From positions 32,001 to 96,000 of the forward strand of contig CBEVQO010000002.1 of the NCBI GenBank assembly GCA_965552055.1: a stretch of DNA of 64,000 bases, read 5' to 3'. Positions 41,064 through 50,492 of this stretch are shown piece by piece. The translations under genes were made by a program, and so were the position numbers. The stretch comes from an uncultured bacterium. GTDB taxonomy: Bacteria; Hydrothermota; UBA3073; NMUJ01; CBEVQO01. Numbering within the stretch: position 1 is the stretch's first letter; each line of letters starts with the position of its first letter. The notes under the pieces are model-generated. The model had not been told where the DNA came from. It did not search any database and was given only the letters and a program-made list of their open reading frames with translations.

Positions 41064-41984
41064 TTATTTTATCAACTCAATTAATTTTGAAAATAAGAGG
41101 GAAAGCGATAGCACATCCTGTCTATTATGCTCTATCAAAGGCACAAGTGGACCCGGATTTTTATGTCTCAAATATTCTCTGTAAAAATAAGGAACAAGAT
41201 AACTATCTACATCTTCTTCTCTATTTATCCCAAGTACACGTTTTTCTATCGTCAACAATCTACAATTTGGCAACTTGCCACGCCATACTCTTCTTGAGAA
41301 AAGCAGAAGGTCAAAATTAGCACGCCTTAAGTCATAACATAGCCCATGATAGCGTAACCTCTCGGCAATAAACGGAACATCGAATTTTTTGCCATTAAAG
41401 GTGACAAAAGCACTCTTATCTGTAATCATTTTCATAAATTCAAATAAAATACTTTTTTCTTCGTCAATATCTCTTGCGAGAAATTGTTTTACAGAAAGTG
41501 CACCATTTTCAAATCGTGCTACACCGATCAAAATAACAGGATTAAATGTGCTCAAACCCATTGTCTCAATATCAAAAAATAAAAAATCCGTCTTTTTATG
41601 AAAGCCCGAAAGAAACAAACTTAAAGGATGAGATTTTGAAAAGCGCCTCTCCACTATTCTTTGCAATTCATAAGTATTTCTTCTGTAATAAACTTCCAGA
41701 AAATCTCTCGCATAAAGACAATAATGGGGATGATTTAAAAGTTTGTCTATCGTTCGATAACCCTGTGATTTCAACATCCTCTCTGTGGAACGCCTTATCT
41801 CCCTTATCAGCTTTAAATCTGTTATAAATCTACGATGCACACGCTCAGGAGAATAATTTGCCAATTTCACATCATACCTGTTTTCTATCAAATAGCATCT
41901 ACCAAATTCGTTTTCTATCTCTATTCCTTTGAAAATATCTTCCAGTAATTTGCCCTTATATCTCTCAAGGTATTCTCTAACCAT
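41064..41984 (-). CDS. YprB-like RNase H-fold exonuclease domain protein
   Basis: FFDIETMGL, TFNGKKFDVPF, HNRQDV motifs. Confidence 0.85.
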   Translation of the reverse strand: MVREYLERYKGKLLEDIFKGIEIENEFGRCYLIENRYDVKLANYSPERVHRRFITDLKLIREIRRSTERMLKSQGYRTIDKLLNHPHYCLYARDFLEVYYRRNTYELQRIVERRFSKSHPLSLFLSGFHKKTDFLFFDIETMGLSTFNPVILIGVARFENGALSVKQFLARDIDEEKSILFEFMKMITDKSAFVTFNGKKFDVPFIAERLRYHGLCYDLRRANFDLLLFSRRVWRGKLPNCRLLTIEKRVLGINREEDVDSYLVPYFYREYLRHKNPGPLVPLIEHNRQDVLSLSLLFSKLIELIK

Positions 41985-42870
41985 CTTCCAAAATCTTTTT
42001 TACAGCTTCAGTATAAGATACTTCCGATAAATCTATCCACCTCACATTTTCAAATTTTTTAAAAAATGTAATCTGATGCTTTGCATATCTTTTTGTATTC
42101 TTTTTTATTAGATTAACGGCGTCCAGTAAATTCATCTTCCCGCTCAAATATTCAATTATCTCCTTATAACCTATCGTCTGCAAAGAATTAAGATTTGGAG
42201 GATATCTTGAAAGCAAATTTTTAACTTCTTCTACAAGACCCTGATTTATCATTCTATCCACTCTTTTCTCTATTCTCCTGTAAAGCTCTCTTCTATCCAT
42301 TATCAACCCGAAATATATTGGTTCAAATTCTCTTTTTACTTTTTGTTTTTTCAACTCCGATATTCTTTTTCCTGTCGCTCTATAAATTTCCAATGCTCTT
42401 ACTATTCTCTTTTTATCATTTGGATGTAATTTTTGCGCTGTTTCAAAATCTACTTTTTTTAATTCTTCATATAAATCTTTTGTCGGCAATTTCATCAATT
42501 CTTCTCTTATTTCTTTTATTTTATCTTTCACATCGTCAGGTAACCTAAAAAAGCCTTCAAATAACGCTTTCATGTAAAGAGGAGAACCTCCAACTACAAT
42601 TTTTTCTTTGCCATTTTTCAAAATATTGCCTGCTTCTTCTGCATACATAAATGCATTATATTCTTCATCGGGATAAATTATATCTATCATATAGTGCTTC
42701 ACTGCTTCCAGTTGCTCTTTCGTGGGCTTATTTGTCCCTATATCCATATACTTATAAATCTGACGCGAATCACATGATACTATTTCGGCACCCAGTTTTT
42801 GCGCAACTTCAATGCTTATCTCGGTCTTACCAATAGCAGTTGGTCCAAGTATTACTTTTATTTTTTTCAT
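41977..42870 (-). CDS. miaA: tRNA dimethylallyltransferase
   Basis: GPTAIGKT, DSRQIYKYMDIGT, VGGS.LY, RIVRALE, IGYKE; start moved to ATG 42870. Confidence 0.97.
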   Translation of the reverse strand: MKKIKVILGPTAIGKTEISIEVAQKLGAEIVSCDSRQIYKYMDIGTNKPTKEQLEAVKHYMIDIIYPDEEYNAFMYAEEAGNILKNGKEKIVVGGSPLYMKALFEGFFRLPDDVKDKIKEIREELMKLPTKDLYEELKKVDFETAQKLHPNDKKRIVRALEIYRATGKRISELKKQKVKREFEPIYFGLIMDRRELYRRIEKRVDRMINQGLVEEVKNLLSRYPPNLNSLQTIGYKEIIEYLSGKMNLLDAVNLIKKNTKRYAKHQITFFKKFENVRWIDLSEVSYTEAVKKILEDG

Positions 42871-43445
42871 TTCAATTTGTAAATAAAAGTTATTGTCCCT
42901 TTCTGGATTTTTTGTGGCAAATTCGGTGGTAACTCTTCGAATTTCCATTCTCTTAAAGCATTAAGTGTTATATCATCAAAAGGTGCACCTCCTCTTTTTA
43001 ACAATTTCATTTTCACAATTTCACCCGATGGTGCAACATAAATCTCTACTTTTACACGGGCTTCTCTCTGTACTCCTTCAGGATATTTTGGTATCACTTT
43101 CTTTATAATTTTCCTTGTTATTATTTCTCCTGTTATTACAAATGGTAATTTTTCTGCCGTATCTTCAAAAACAGGTTGCAGTTTTTCTATCCCTTCTTTT
43201 GGTGTGATTTCTATTTTTTCTTTTTCTACTGGTATTTTTATCTCCTCTGCTGGGGTGCGGGCTTCAGGTAGCGTTATAAAGGGTTGCTCGGCTGATGAGG
43301 GTAGCTCGGGGGACTTTTCTTCCTTAATCAAACCAACTTCAACAAAAAATGCCTCTTTTATCTCACTTCTTATATGTATTGCCCTGAAAATAAAAAATAA
43401 ACCAGCATGAATGAGCAAAGAAATTATCAATCCCCTGATAATCAT
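42867..43445 (-). CDS. TonB C-terminal domain protein
   Basis: N-terminal TM helix with SLLIH, P/E-rich linker, PKYP...V.V...V...G...W.F domain. Confidence 0.85.
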   Translation of the reverse strand: MIIRGLIISLLIHAGLFFIFRAIHIRSEIKEAFFVEVGLIKEEKSPELPSSAEQPFITLPEARTPAEEIKIPVEKEKIEITPKEGIEKLQPVFEDTAEKLPFVITGEIITRKIIKKVIPKYPEGVQREARVKVEIYVAPSGEIVKMKLLKRGGAPFDDITLNALREWKFEELPPNLPQKIQKGTITFIYKLK

Positions 43446-45397
43446 TTTTTAAGGAAAAGCCACTTATCGGATAAATTCGCCATCAACTCTTTTAACCTTT
43501 TGAAATCAGCATAATCCAGAGTATCAATAAAATCCGTGTTTATAAAATATTCATCCTCAAAAATCAATTTATTTTTACCTTTCTTAAATCTCGCCTCATA
43601 ACTTCCTATTTTCGTATTAATTTTTACATTTTCGGGCAGTGCTTCAATCTTATATCCTTCTGGCAGTATTATTTCTATCCTGTTTATCTCTTTTATCTTT
43701 CTTCCTATTTTAAATGGATATTTTCTCTTTTCTATTCCAACATCTCTTGCAGAGTATTTTATTCCTGGCAATTTTAACAGCATATAATCGCCCGCTATTT
43801 TTGCAACATCTTTTGCATGGTATTTCAATTTTATCCTCATTTTTTTGTTAAAGTTCTCAAAATCTGTAATTTTATAATCCAAAAGTTCGGCTCCCGGGAA
43901 TACTTCATTTATCAGATTTTCCACCCGCTTTTTAACTTCCTCCGGATATAGTTCTTTCCACTTCCTGATTTCTGTTTCCGTTTCTCCATTCAAATAAATT
44001 TCTTCAAAAATCTCAGCATCTCCTTTTTCATCTAATTTCACCTTTTTAATATCCTCTACCTTTTCTGCATTTTCATTCATCAAAGGTATTTCTACAATTT
44101 CTCCTTCATTTATCGACAGCCCTTTAGTCCCCTGATAACATGGTTTTATGTATCCAAATTTTATAACATCATCTTCGGGATTTAGGTAAACATCTCCCAG
44201 TTTTACGATTGCTGATGTAAACTGTAAAAGCGAAGGGACTTTTTCTGCTAAATCACCCTTACATTTTCTTCTACACAAAATAAGGTCCGCATCATAGCCC
44301 GCTTTTCTCAATTTATAATAAAGTAAAAACGCTTTATCAAGACCATTACCTGCTTTTTCTTTCAAAATTTCATCTACATTTTTAGGATAAACTTTGTAAT
44401 TTCTGCTACTTATATTAATGTATTTTATTTTCTTCAAAACCTCATAGTAAATATCTTTTGCTTTTCTCTTTTTTTCCTTTTTAATTTCTCCAATTCTTTC
44501 CCTGAATTTTTTTGCTAAAGTTTGCCAATCTGTTTTCAATGCAACTATTACTTTTGGTAAAATTCTCGATAATTTTGGCATGGATGGTTCTTTAAAAATA
44601 CCTTTATATTCTTTAATCTCAAAAATGTAAATTTTTTTCTCACCTTTTTCAAAGATTTTTGGCTTGCCCATTCTAAAAGTTTGATAATTTACAGGTAATT
44701 CTGTTTCGATTATCAGCCTGCTTTCTATTACTGGTTCTTTATCTCCCATTAAAATTTCGAACTCTACTGGATGCTCTTCATCTGGTTTGCCCTTTTTCAC
44801 GATACAAAAATCTGTAATCGCTCCTACTTCTGCTGCTGGCAACGCAAATTTTAAATAACTCAAATTCTGATATTGTGGAACTGAAGAATAAGCTATCATT
44901 TTCTCGATAGCATTATCCCTTATCGATATCACCCTACCATCTCTACTTACTGTGCGTGCAAATAAAACATCGGCATTTTCATTCGAAGATAAATAAGGAT
45001 ATATCACATTTGCGCTCACTTTCCCCTGTTCCGTCAAAATTTTTCTTATCACTCTTTTTCTCAAAATATAACTGCTATCACTTTTAATTTTTATGTGTGT
45101 TTCAACAAACAGGTTAACATAATTTGCATATGTATATTTTGAAACATCTTCTTTTAATGTTTTCTTCAAAACGCTATCTGTAATGTCCTCTGCTCTCTCC
45201 CACTCATCTCCTTCTCTCCTTTTACTTAAATCTATCGAAGTAACGCTATCAATTGAAATCTCAATGGTATCTCCTTCAGCCAAAAATTCAACATTTGCAC
45301 TATCAAGATACAACAATTTTCCTCTTAATTCTTCACCATTTTTGAGATACAAAATATCTCCAGCAAAAACAAAGATGAATAACAATATCTTTATCAT
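43442..45397 (-). CDS. DUF3857/transglutaminase-like protein, probably catalytically inactive
   Basis: Paralogue of the upstream gene; GNGLDKA and FTSAI replace GDCxDKA and NHAI. Confidence 0.8.
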   Translation of the reverse strand: MIKILLFIFVFAGDILYLKNGEELRGKLLYLDSANVEFLAEGDTIEISIDSVTSIDLSKRREGDEWERAEDITDSVLKKTLKEDVSKYTYANYVNLFVETHIKIKSDSSYILRKRVIRKILTEQGKVSANVIYPYLSSNENADVLFARTVSRDGRVISIRDNAIEKMIAYSSVPQYQNLSYLKFALPAAEVGAITDFCIVKKGKPDEEHPVEFEILMGDKEPVIESRLIIETELPVNYQTFRMGKPKIFEKGEKKIYIFEIKEYKGIFKEPSMPKLSRILPKVIVALKTDWQTLAKKFRERIGEIKKEKKRKAKDIYYEVLKKIKYINISSRNYKVYPKNVDEILKEKAGNGLDKAFLLYYKLRKAGYDADLILCRRKCKGDLAEKVPSLLQFTSAIVKLGDVYLNPEDDVIKFGYIKPCYQGTKGLSINEGEIVEIPLMNENAEKVEDIKKVKLDEKGDAEIFEEIYLNGETETEIRKWKELYPEEVKKRVENLINEVFPGAELLDYKITDFENFNKKMRIKLKYHAKDVAKIAGDYMLLKLPGIKYSARDVGIEKRKYPFKIGRKIKEINRIEIILPEGYKIEALPENVKINTKIGSYEARFKKGKNKLIFEDEYFINTDFIDTLDYADFKRLKELMANLSDKWLFLKK

Positions 45398-47415
45398 AAC
45401 TCCTCCCTGTAAACAAAAATAATGGGCTTAGAAACCCAATTCCTTATCTTTTGTATGAATTCCCTAAATGCAGGATAATCCTTAACTCCTACTCTTTGAC
45501 CTTCTCTGTAATAATAATCTTCATAAATTAAAGTATCACCCCTTAAATAAACTTTGCCATTGAATCCTGCAAAACCTATCTCTTCTTTTATCTCTTCAGG
45601 AAGATATTCAACTTTCAAATTTTTGGGAAGTAAAAGTTTAAAGCAATGTCTTATTCCCTGGGAACTCGGATACATCAATGGATATTTTCTATCTACCAGG
45701 TTTACTTCAGAAAAACTGTATCTTCTTTTTATCTCGGGAAAGCTAAAAACTCCTATCTTTCCTGTTTTTTGAATATAATTGGCAATCTTATATTTCATTC
45801 GCAATGCAAAAGGTTTATCGAGGTTCCACAGATTTTCAATTTTATAGGATATCAATTCTGCATCGGGTGACTCCGCTTTTACCATTTCTTTGAATCTCAT
45901 CTCATATTCTGCGGGCTTTACACTTTGCCAGTAATATCTCAGCCAGCATTCATAATCGCCATTGTATTTTGCATAAAAATCAACATATAGAGTATCTTTT
46001 ACCAGCTTTAAGTCATAATTATATTCTCTCAAATTCTGTTCTGGCTTTAAAACCGGTGTCAAACTTATTTTCCTTTTCTGTGCGTTTATAGCCCAAACTC
46101 CCTGATCCATATCGGCATAATGTGGATAGCGGGAATTCCTTCCAGTAGGGTCAAGAAAAATATTTCTTCCGTCCTTCAAAAATACTTCAACAATTGCATG
46201 ATTGCCCGTGAAACTCGGCATACTGACAATTGTAGTATCTTCGTCATTTGTCGTTACATAAACTGGATACGCCTCTATTCCTGCTGCTCTTAGCATCGTG
46301 GAGAATAATATCGCTTTGTCTGTGCAATCACCATAGCCATTCTTCAAAGTCTCATCCGCTCTGTGACCGGATACCCCGGAAGCTGCTGCACCCTTTATCG
46401 AAATGTATCTTATATTTCTTTGCACCCAGTGGTATAACTTCGCTATCTTTGCTTCTTCAGTTTGCAAACCATTTATCAAACTATCGACCAGATTTTTAAT
46501 TTCATCTGTTATTATCATCCTATTTTTTTGAAATTTAGAATACCAATCGAATATTTTATCCCATGTTTTGTTTATGGAAGTGCTTAATCTCGGTATAAAA
46601 ATGGCAATGGGTGGCATATTTGGTTCTTCGATGACCGGTTCGACATCACGCATACTGAACTTATAAATTTTATAACTATCTGTAAATGTGCTCTCTATCT
46701 CTACATTTTTAGCTTTTATCAGTGTAAAGTAAAGATTTTTATCTTTTGGGATTTTTATCTCAATTTGCGAGAATAACACTGGGGTAGTTCCTCCGAAAAA
46801 CCATTCGGGTGAAAATTCTTCTTTATACCATGGATTAAAGACCTCATATTCATACTTATACTCGATAATATCACCAACTTCCACTTCTGGTAGAGAAAAA
46901 GAAAGTGCTTTACTTTTGCCGTAATAAACTATTCCTCTGTAAGGTGTTATAACCTTTATATCTTCGGGCTTCAAACTTAAAATTCTGCCATCGGGCTTTA
47001 TTGTCCTTGCAAGCAAAATTTTTACCCTGCTTTCTTCTTCATCATACCATATTGTTTTTGTACCCCATTTTCTTTTCTCCTGTTTTAATATGAGACCTGA
47101 ATAATGTATTTTATAAATTCTTTTACCATCTGGCTTTAATATTGCGGTCATTTTATCTTCTAGCACAATTGCAGGTGCATTGGGATATTTTTTACGACCA
47201 TCTTTTGCGAGCCTGAGAAGATTATAAATGTTAGAATCGGCTTTTATCGCTGTTTCGTATTTTTTCGCAGTAAATTTTATGGATTTCACTTCATTACGGG
47301 TAAAGAAAGTATCATCCGTAAACAAAGTATCGTTTCGATAAAGATAATTGAATAAATCTAAGGATTTACCCGAATAGAGTTCAACCTTTATTATCAGAAT
47401 TAAAATCCACAGCAT
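45394..47415 (-). CDS. DUF3857 + transglutaminase-like protein
   Basis: GYGDCTDKA, NHAI, FLDPT Cys-His-Asp triad. Confidence 0.88.
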   Translation of the reverse strand: MLWILILIIKVELYSGKSLDLFNYLYRNDTLFTDDTFFTRNEVKSIKFTAKKYETAIKADSNIYNLLRLAKDGRKKYPNAPAIVLEDKMTAILKPDGKRIYKIHYSGLILKQEKRKWGTKTIWYDEEESRVKILLARTIKPDGRILSLKPEDIKVITPYRGIVYYGKSKALSFSLPEVEVGDIIEYKYEYEVFNPWYKEEFSPEWFFGGTTPVLFSQIEIKIPKDKNLYFTLIKAKNVEIESTFTDSYKIYKFSMRDVEPVIEEPNMPPIAIFIPRLSTSINKTWDKIFDWYSKFQKNRMIITDEIKNLVDSLINGLQTEEAKIAKLYHWVQRNIRYISIKGAAASGVSGHRADETLKNGYGDCTDKAILFSTMLRAAGIEAYPVYVTTNDEDTTIVSMPSFTGNHAIVEVFLKDGRNIFLDPTGRNSRYPHYADMDQGVWAINAQKRKISLTPVLKPEQNLREYNYDLKLVKDTLYVDFYAKYNGDYECWLRYYWQSVKPAEYEMRFKEMVKAESPDAELISYKIENLWNLDKPFALRMKYKIANYIQKTGKIGVFSFPEIKRRYSFSEVNLVDRKYPLMYPSSQGIRHCFKLLLPKNLKVEYLPEEIKEEIGFAGFNGKVYLRGDTLIYEDYYYREGQRVGVKDYPAFREFIQKIRNWVSKPIIFVYREEL

Positions 47416-47421
47416 ACACTA

Positions 47422-47448
47422 ATTATAATCGATTTATCATCCTGTCAA
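47422..47448 (-). promoter_or_regulatory. Promoter of the DUF3857-tonB-miaA operon, probably leaderless
   Basis: TTGACA-N15-TATAAT-N6-ATG. Confidence 0.78.
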
Positions 47449-47467
47449 GTTGTTTTCAACGGGAACC

Positions 47468-47958
47468 CGGTTAAATTACGGGTAGGAGGTTAAAAGAGCC
47501 ACAGCGGAGTCAAGACATTGCCTTAGTAACGAGGGATGTGATTAAAATTTTTAACAACTTTATTAAAATTTTTAAATTTTTTGTTAAATTTTTTAACATT
47601 GATATCAAAATTTTTAAAATTTGTGTTAAATTTTTTATCACGAGCGAAGCGAGTGCATTACCAATGGGTTGTGAGCCAACACCCCGAGCGGTAAGGGCGG
47701 GACTACACTTTGGAAGCGTTTTTGCGACTGGTTTTATTTATTGGGTTTAAAAGCGGAGAAGCGTTAGGAGTTGGGAACATGACTTATTACGGGTGGGCGT
47801 ATAAGTGCGGTTAAGGGTTTTGTGGTGATTTGAGGATTTTGATGGAGAATCTGGCTAAATTACGGGTAGTAGGTTAAAGAAGCCACATCGGTGTCAGGTC
47901 TGTGACCTGCGTAGCGAGGGGTGTGCACGAGGGCGGTGGGGACAGGGAGGCGGGGCTA
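47468..47958 (+). repeat. Mosaic intergenic repeat, copy D
   Basis: CGAGCGAAGCGAG, ACACCCCGAGCGG, ATTACGGG, AGCCACA and GGGAGGCGGGGCTAA modules. Confidence 0.88.
47541..47645 (+). repeat. Five tandem 21-bp AT-rich units
   Basis: RT(T/C)AAA(A/T)TTTTTA core starting at 47541, 47562, 47583, 47604, 47625. Confidence 0.85.
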
Positions 47959-47960
47959 AA

Positions 47961-48938
47961 TTAAATCTCCAATGTTTTATATCCTTTTTCTAAATAGTTT
48001 TTCACATAATCATCTACTCCCATTTCGAGTTCTATAAAATCTTTTTTGTATCCTGCTTTGCGTAATTTTGTAATGTCTGCCTGTGTAAAATACTGATATT
48101 TATCCCTTAAATCTTCTGGCATCTCGATATACTTTATTCTGGGTTTCTTTCCCAGTGCATTGAAAATTGATACCGCCAAAGCATTCCATTCGCGTGCTTT
48201 ACCCGTGCCCACATTGTAAATGCCAGATAATCCTCCATTTTTATAGAAAAATAGAGTAACTTCGACTGCATCTTTCACATAGATAAAATCACGCTTCTGC
48301 TCACCATGTTTATACTCTGGCTTATAGGATTTGAATAACCTTATGAACCCATATTTTTTTATCTGTTCGTATCCTTTTAAAACTACGCTACGCATTTCGC
48401 CTTTGTGATATTCGTTTGGTCCGTAAACATTGAAATATTTTAGCCCAACGATTTCCTTTAAATAACCCTTTCTGTATGCCCACAGGTCAAAGATGTGTTT
48501 TGAAAAAGCATAGGGGTTTAAAGGTCTCAATTTATATAAATTTTTTTCGTCATCGGAGAAACCTTCTTCACCTGTTCCGTAAGTAGCTGCACTTGAAGCG
48601 TATATGAATCTCACTCCATTTTTTATCGCCCATTCGCATAAAATTTTTGAATATTCGAAATTATTTTTTATGAGATAACTCATATTTCGTTCAAGGGTAG
48701 AAGTGCATGCACCAAGATGGAAGATACACTCTATTTCTTTGCCAAATTTATTTTTTAAAATTGCTTCAAGGAAATCTCCTTTTTCCATGTAATCTGCAAA
48801 TTTTAGTGGATTTAAATTTTTCCATTTATCAGATGTTGAAAGATTATCAACAACAATGATGTCGTCTATCCCTTCTTTATTGAGTCGCCATATCAATGCA
48901 CTTCCTATGAATCCTGCTCCACCTGTTACAATAATCAT
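47961..48938 (-). CDS. hldD: ADP-L-glycero-D-manno-heptose 6-epimerase
   Basis: TGGAGFIGS, HLGACTST, YASSAATYG, YFNVYGPNEYHKG, YQYFTQAD motifs. Confidence 0.95.
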   Translation of the reverse strand: MIIVTGGAGFIGSALIWRLNKEGIDDIIVVDNLSTSDKWKNLNPLKFADYMEKGDFLEAILKNKFGKEIECIFHLGACTSTLERNMSYLIKNNFEYSKILCEWAIKNGVRFIYASSAATYGTGEEGFSDDEKNLYKLRPLNPYAFSKHIFDLWAYRKGYLKEIVGLKYFNVYGPNEYHKGEMRSVVLKGYEQIKKYGFIRLFKSYKPEYKHGEQKRDFIYVKDAVEVTLFFYKNGGLSGIYNVGTGKAREWNALAVSIFNALGKKPRIKYIEMPEDLRDKYQYFTQADITKLRKAGYKKDFIELEMGVDDYVKNYLEKGYKTLEI

Positions 48939-49483
48939 ACTTCTAACAATTTTTTGATTTCATTATAAATTCTCATATCCTGTGCCATATCCGAAAATTT
49001 CTCTGCCCATTTTATCAAATATTCTTTATCTATTTTTTCTTTCCATCTTATCATTATTTTTTCTGCATCTGCCGTGTCTTGTTTTCTACCCGCTACTACC
49101 TTAAACAATATCAAATCCTCTGGAGAAGGAAAATTTGCCTCTACTCCAAATATTTCTATTCTCTGTCTTCTATTAAATGCTTCTTTTTCAAAATCTGTTG
49201 ATGCTATTATGAAATCAATTCTCACCTCATCGTATTTTATTGCGAAGGTGCCGAAAAGTTTTGCCCTTTTTGTTTGCCTTTCCACATCAAAGGTGAATCC
49301 TTCTTTTGCGAATTTCTCTAAAATTTGTTGTATTTTATCTTTTTCAATAAAAATGCAAATATCAATGTCTTCTGTGAAGCGTGGCTCACCGAGTATGGAA
49401 GATGCAATTCCTCCTATTACAAGGTAATTTATTTTTTCATTTTCAAGGAAATTTATTATTTTTCTAAATGTTTCTTTTAGCAT
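48935..49483 (-). CDS. Predicted nucleotidyltransferase (DUF6036/AbiEii-like)
   Basis: IGG.A....G.PRFTEDID, PSPEDLI..K....R.QD..D motifs. Confidence 0.8.
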   Translation of the reverse strand: MLKETFRKIINFLENEKINYLVIGGIASSILGEPRFTEDIDICIFIEKDKIQQILEKFAKEGFTFDVERQTKRAKLFGTFAIKYDEVRIDFIIASTDFEKEAFNRRQRIEIFGVEANFPSPEDLILFKVVAGRKQDTADAEKIMIRWKEKIDKEYLIKWAEKFSDMAQDMRIYNEIKKLLEV

Positions 49484-49673
49484 TTTTCAATGTATAGATT
49501 AAGGATTTAGGTTCGTCTTCTTTTAAATTTCTTTTCATTATTTCGGGTAATTCTATTGATAGCAGATTTTGTGTCCTTCTTACTGCTTCTTTTATTGTTA
49601 AATTTTTCAGCATTTCTTCTTTTTCTTTTTTCCATAATTTAAATCTTTCTTTATCCAGCAATGTTCCTTTCAT
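49464..49673 (-). CDS. Small hypothetical protein, possible partner of the nucleotidyltransferase
   Basis: 69 aa, overlaps both neighbours. Confidence 0.6.
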   Translation of the reverse strand: MKGTLLDKERFKLWKKEKEEMLKNLTIKEAVRRTQNLLSIELPEIMKRNLKEDEPKSLIYTLKNAKRNI

Positions 49674-50155
49674 AGCCAGCCTTTTTCTTTGAAGCCTTCT
49701 TTTAATATTTTTTGTGTTTCTTTAAGTGCTTGTGGTATAACCTTTGTATCGCCGAGCACCGGCATAAAGTTTGTATCTCCTTCCCATCTTGGCACGATGT
49801 GAATATGCAGGTGGTCTCTTATCCCTGCACCCGCGCATCTCCCGATATTCACACCGATGTTAAAACCATGAGGATTTATCTTTTCTCTCAAAACTTCTAT
49901 TGATTGAGTGATGAGTTCAAAAATATCGAGTATTTCTTCCTGTGTTAAATCTTTGAATTCTGCTTTGTGTGCAATCGGTGCAATCATTACATGACCTGAA
50001 TTATAGGGATATGCATTTAATATGACAAACGCTTTTTTGCTTATTTTTACAACATATTTTTCATCTGGATTTTTGAGTGCTTCACAAAATATACATCCAG
50101 TTTTATCTGCCTTTTTGATATATTCAATCCTCCATGGTGCCCACAATTTCTCCAT
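49670..50155 (-). CDS. HIT family hydrolase
   Basis: LWAPWR, CIFC, YPYNSGH, HLHIHIVPRW motifs. Confidence 0.95.
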   Translation of the reverse strand: MEKLWAPWRIEYIKKADKTGCIFCEALKNPDEKYVVKISKKAFVILNAYPYNSGHVMIAPIAHKAEFKDLTQEEILDIFELITQSIEVLREKINPHGFNIGVNIGRCAGAGIRDHLHIHIVPRWEGDTNFMPVLGDTKVIPQALKETQKILKEGFKEKGWL

Positions 50156-50160
50156 CTAAA

Positions 50161-50187
50161 ATTTTAAATATAATATCAAAATGTCAA
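50161..50187 (-). promoter_or_regulatory. Promoter of the HIT operon, probably leaderless
   Basis: TTGACA-N15-TAAAAT-N5-ATG. Confidence 0.75.
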
Positions 50188-50193
50188 GATTAA

Positions 50194-50385
50194 TTATCCT
50201 TCGGATAGAGCTATTTGTTTTTTCTTAGGAGGTTTGCCGTATTTTTGTATTATATCTTCCATTTCTTTATCTGATACATAGGGTAGAGATTGGAGTATGA
50301 GTTTTATTTTTTCTTCCTGAATTACCTCTCGTACTGCTTCTTTTATGATATTTTTCAATTCGCTCAATTCTATTGCTACTTTCAT
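50194..50385 (-). CDS. Small hypothetical protein (antitoxin-like)
   Basis: 63 aa, ELKNIIKEAVREV...PYVSDKE; has its own promoter and GGGGG RBS. Confidence 0.65.
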   Translation of the reverse strand: MKVAIELSELKNIIKEAVREVIQEEKIKLILQSLPYVSDKEMEDIIQKYGKPPKKKQIALSEG

Positions 50386-50400
50386 ATTCCCCCTTATACT

Positions 50401-50427
50401 ATTTTATCCATTATTTTTATGTGTCAA
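50401..50427 (-). promoter_or_regulatory. Promoter of the small gene
   Basis: TTGACA-N15-TAAAAT. Confidence 0.7.
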
Positions 50428-50492
50428 TAAATTTTTCAATAGCAGGCATCCCGAACGACATCATTTTGAAATCGCTAAAAAGAATTTCATTT

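Noticed and set aside
47541..47645. CRISPR array
   Set aside because: The period is only 21 bp with no 25-45 bp unique spacers, and no cas genes are in the window.
47538..47750. 70-aa ORF with IKIF/VKFF heptads
   Set aside because: It is the translation of the 21-bp AT tandem units within repeat copy D.
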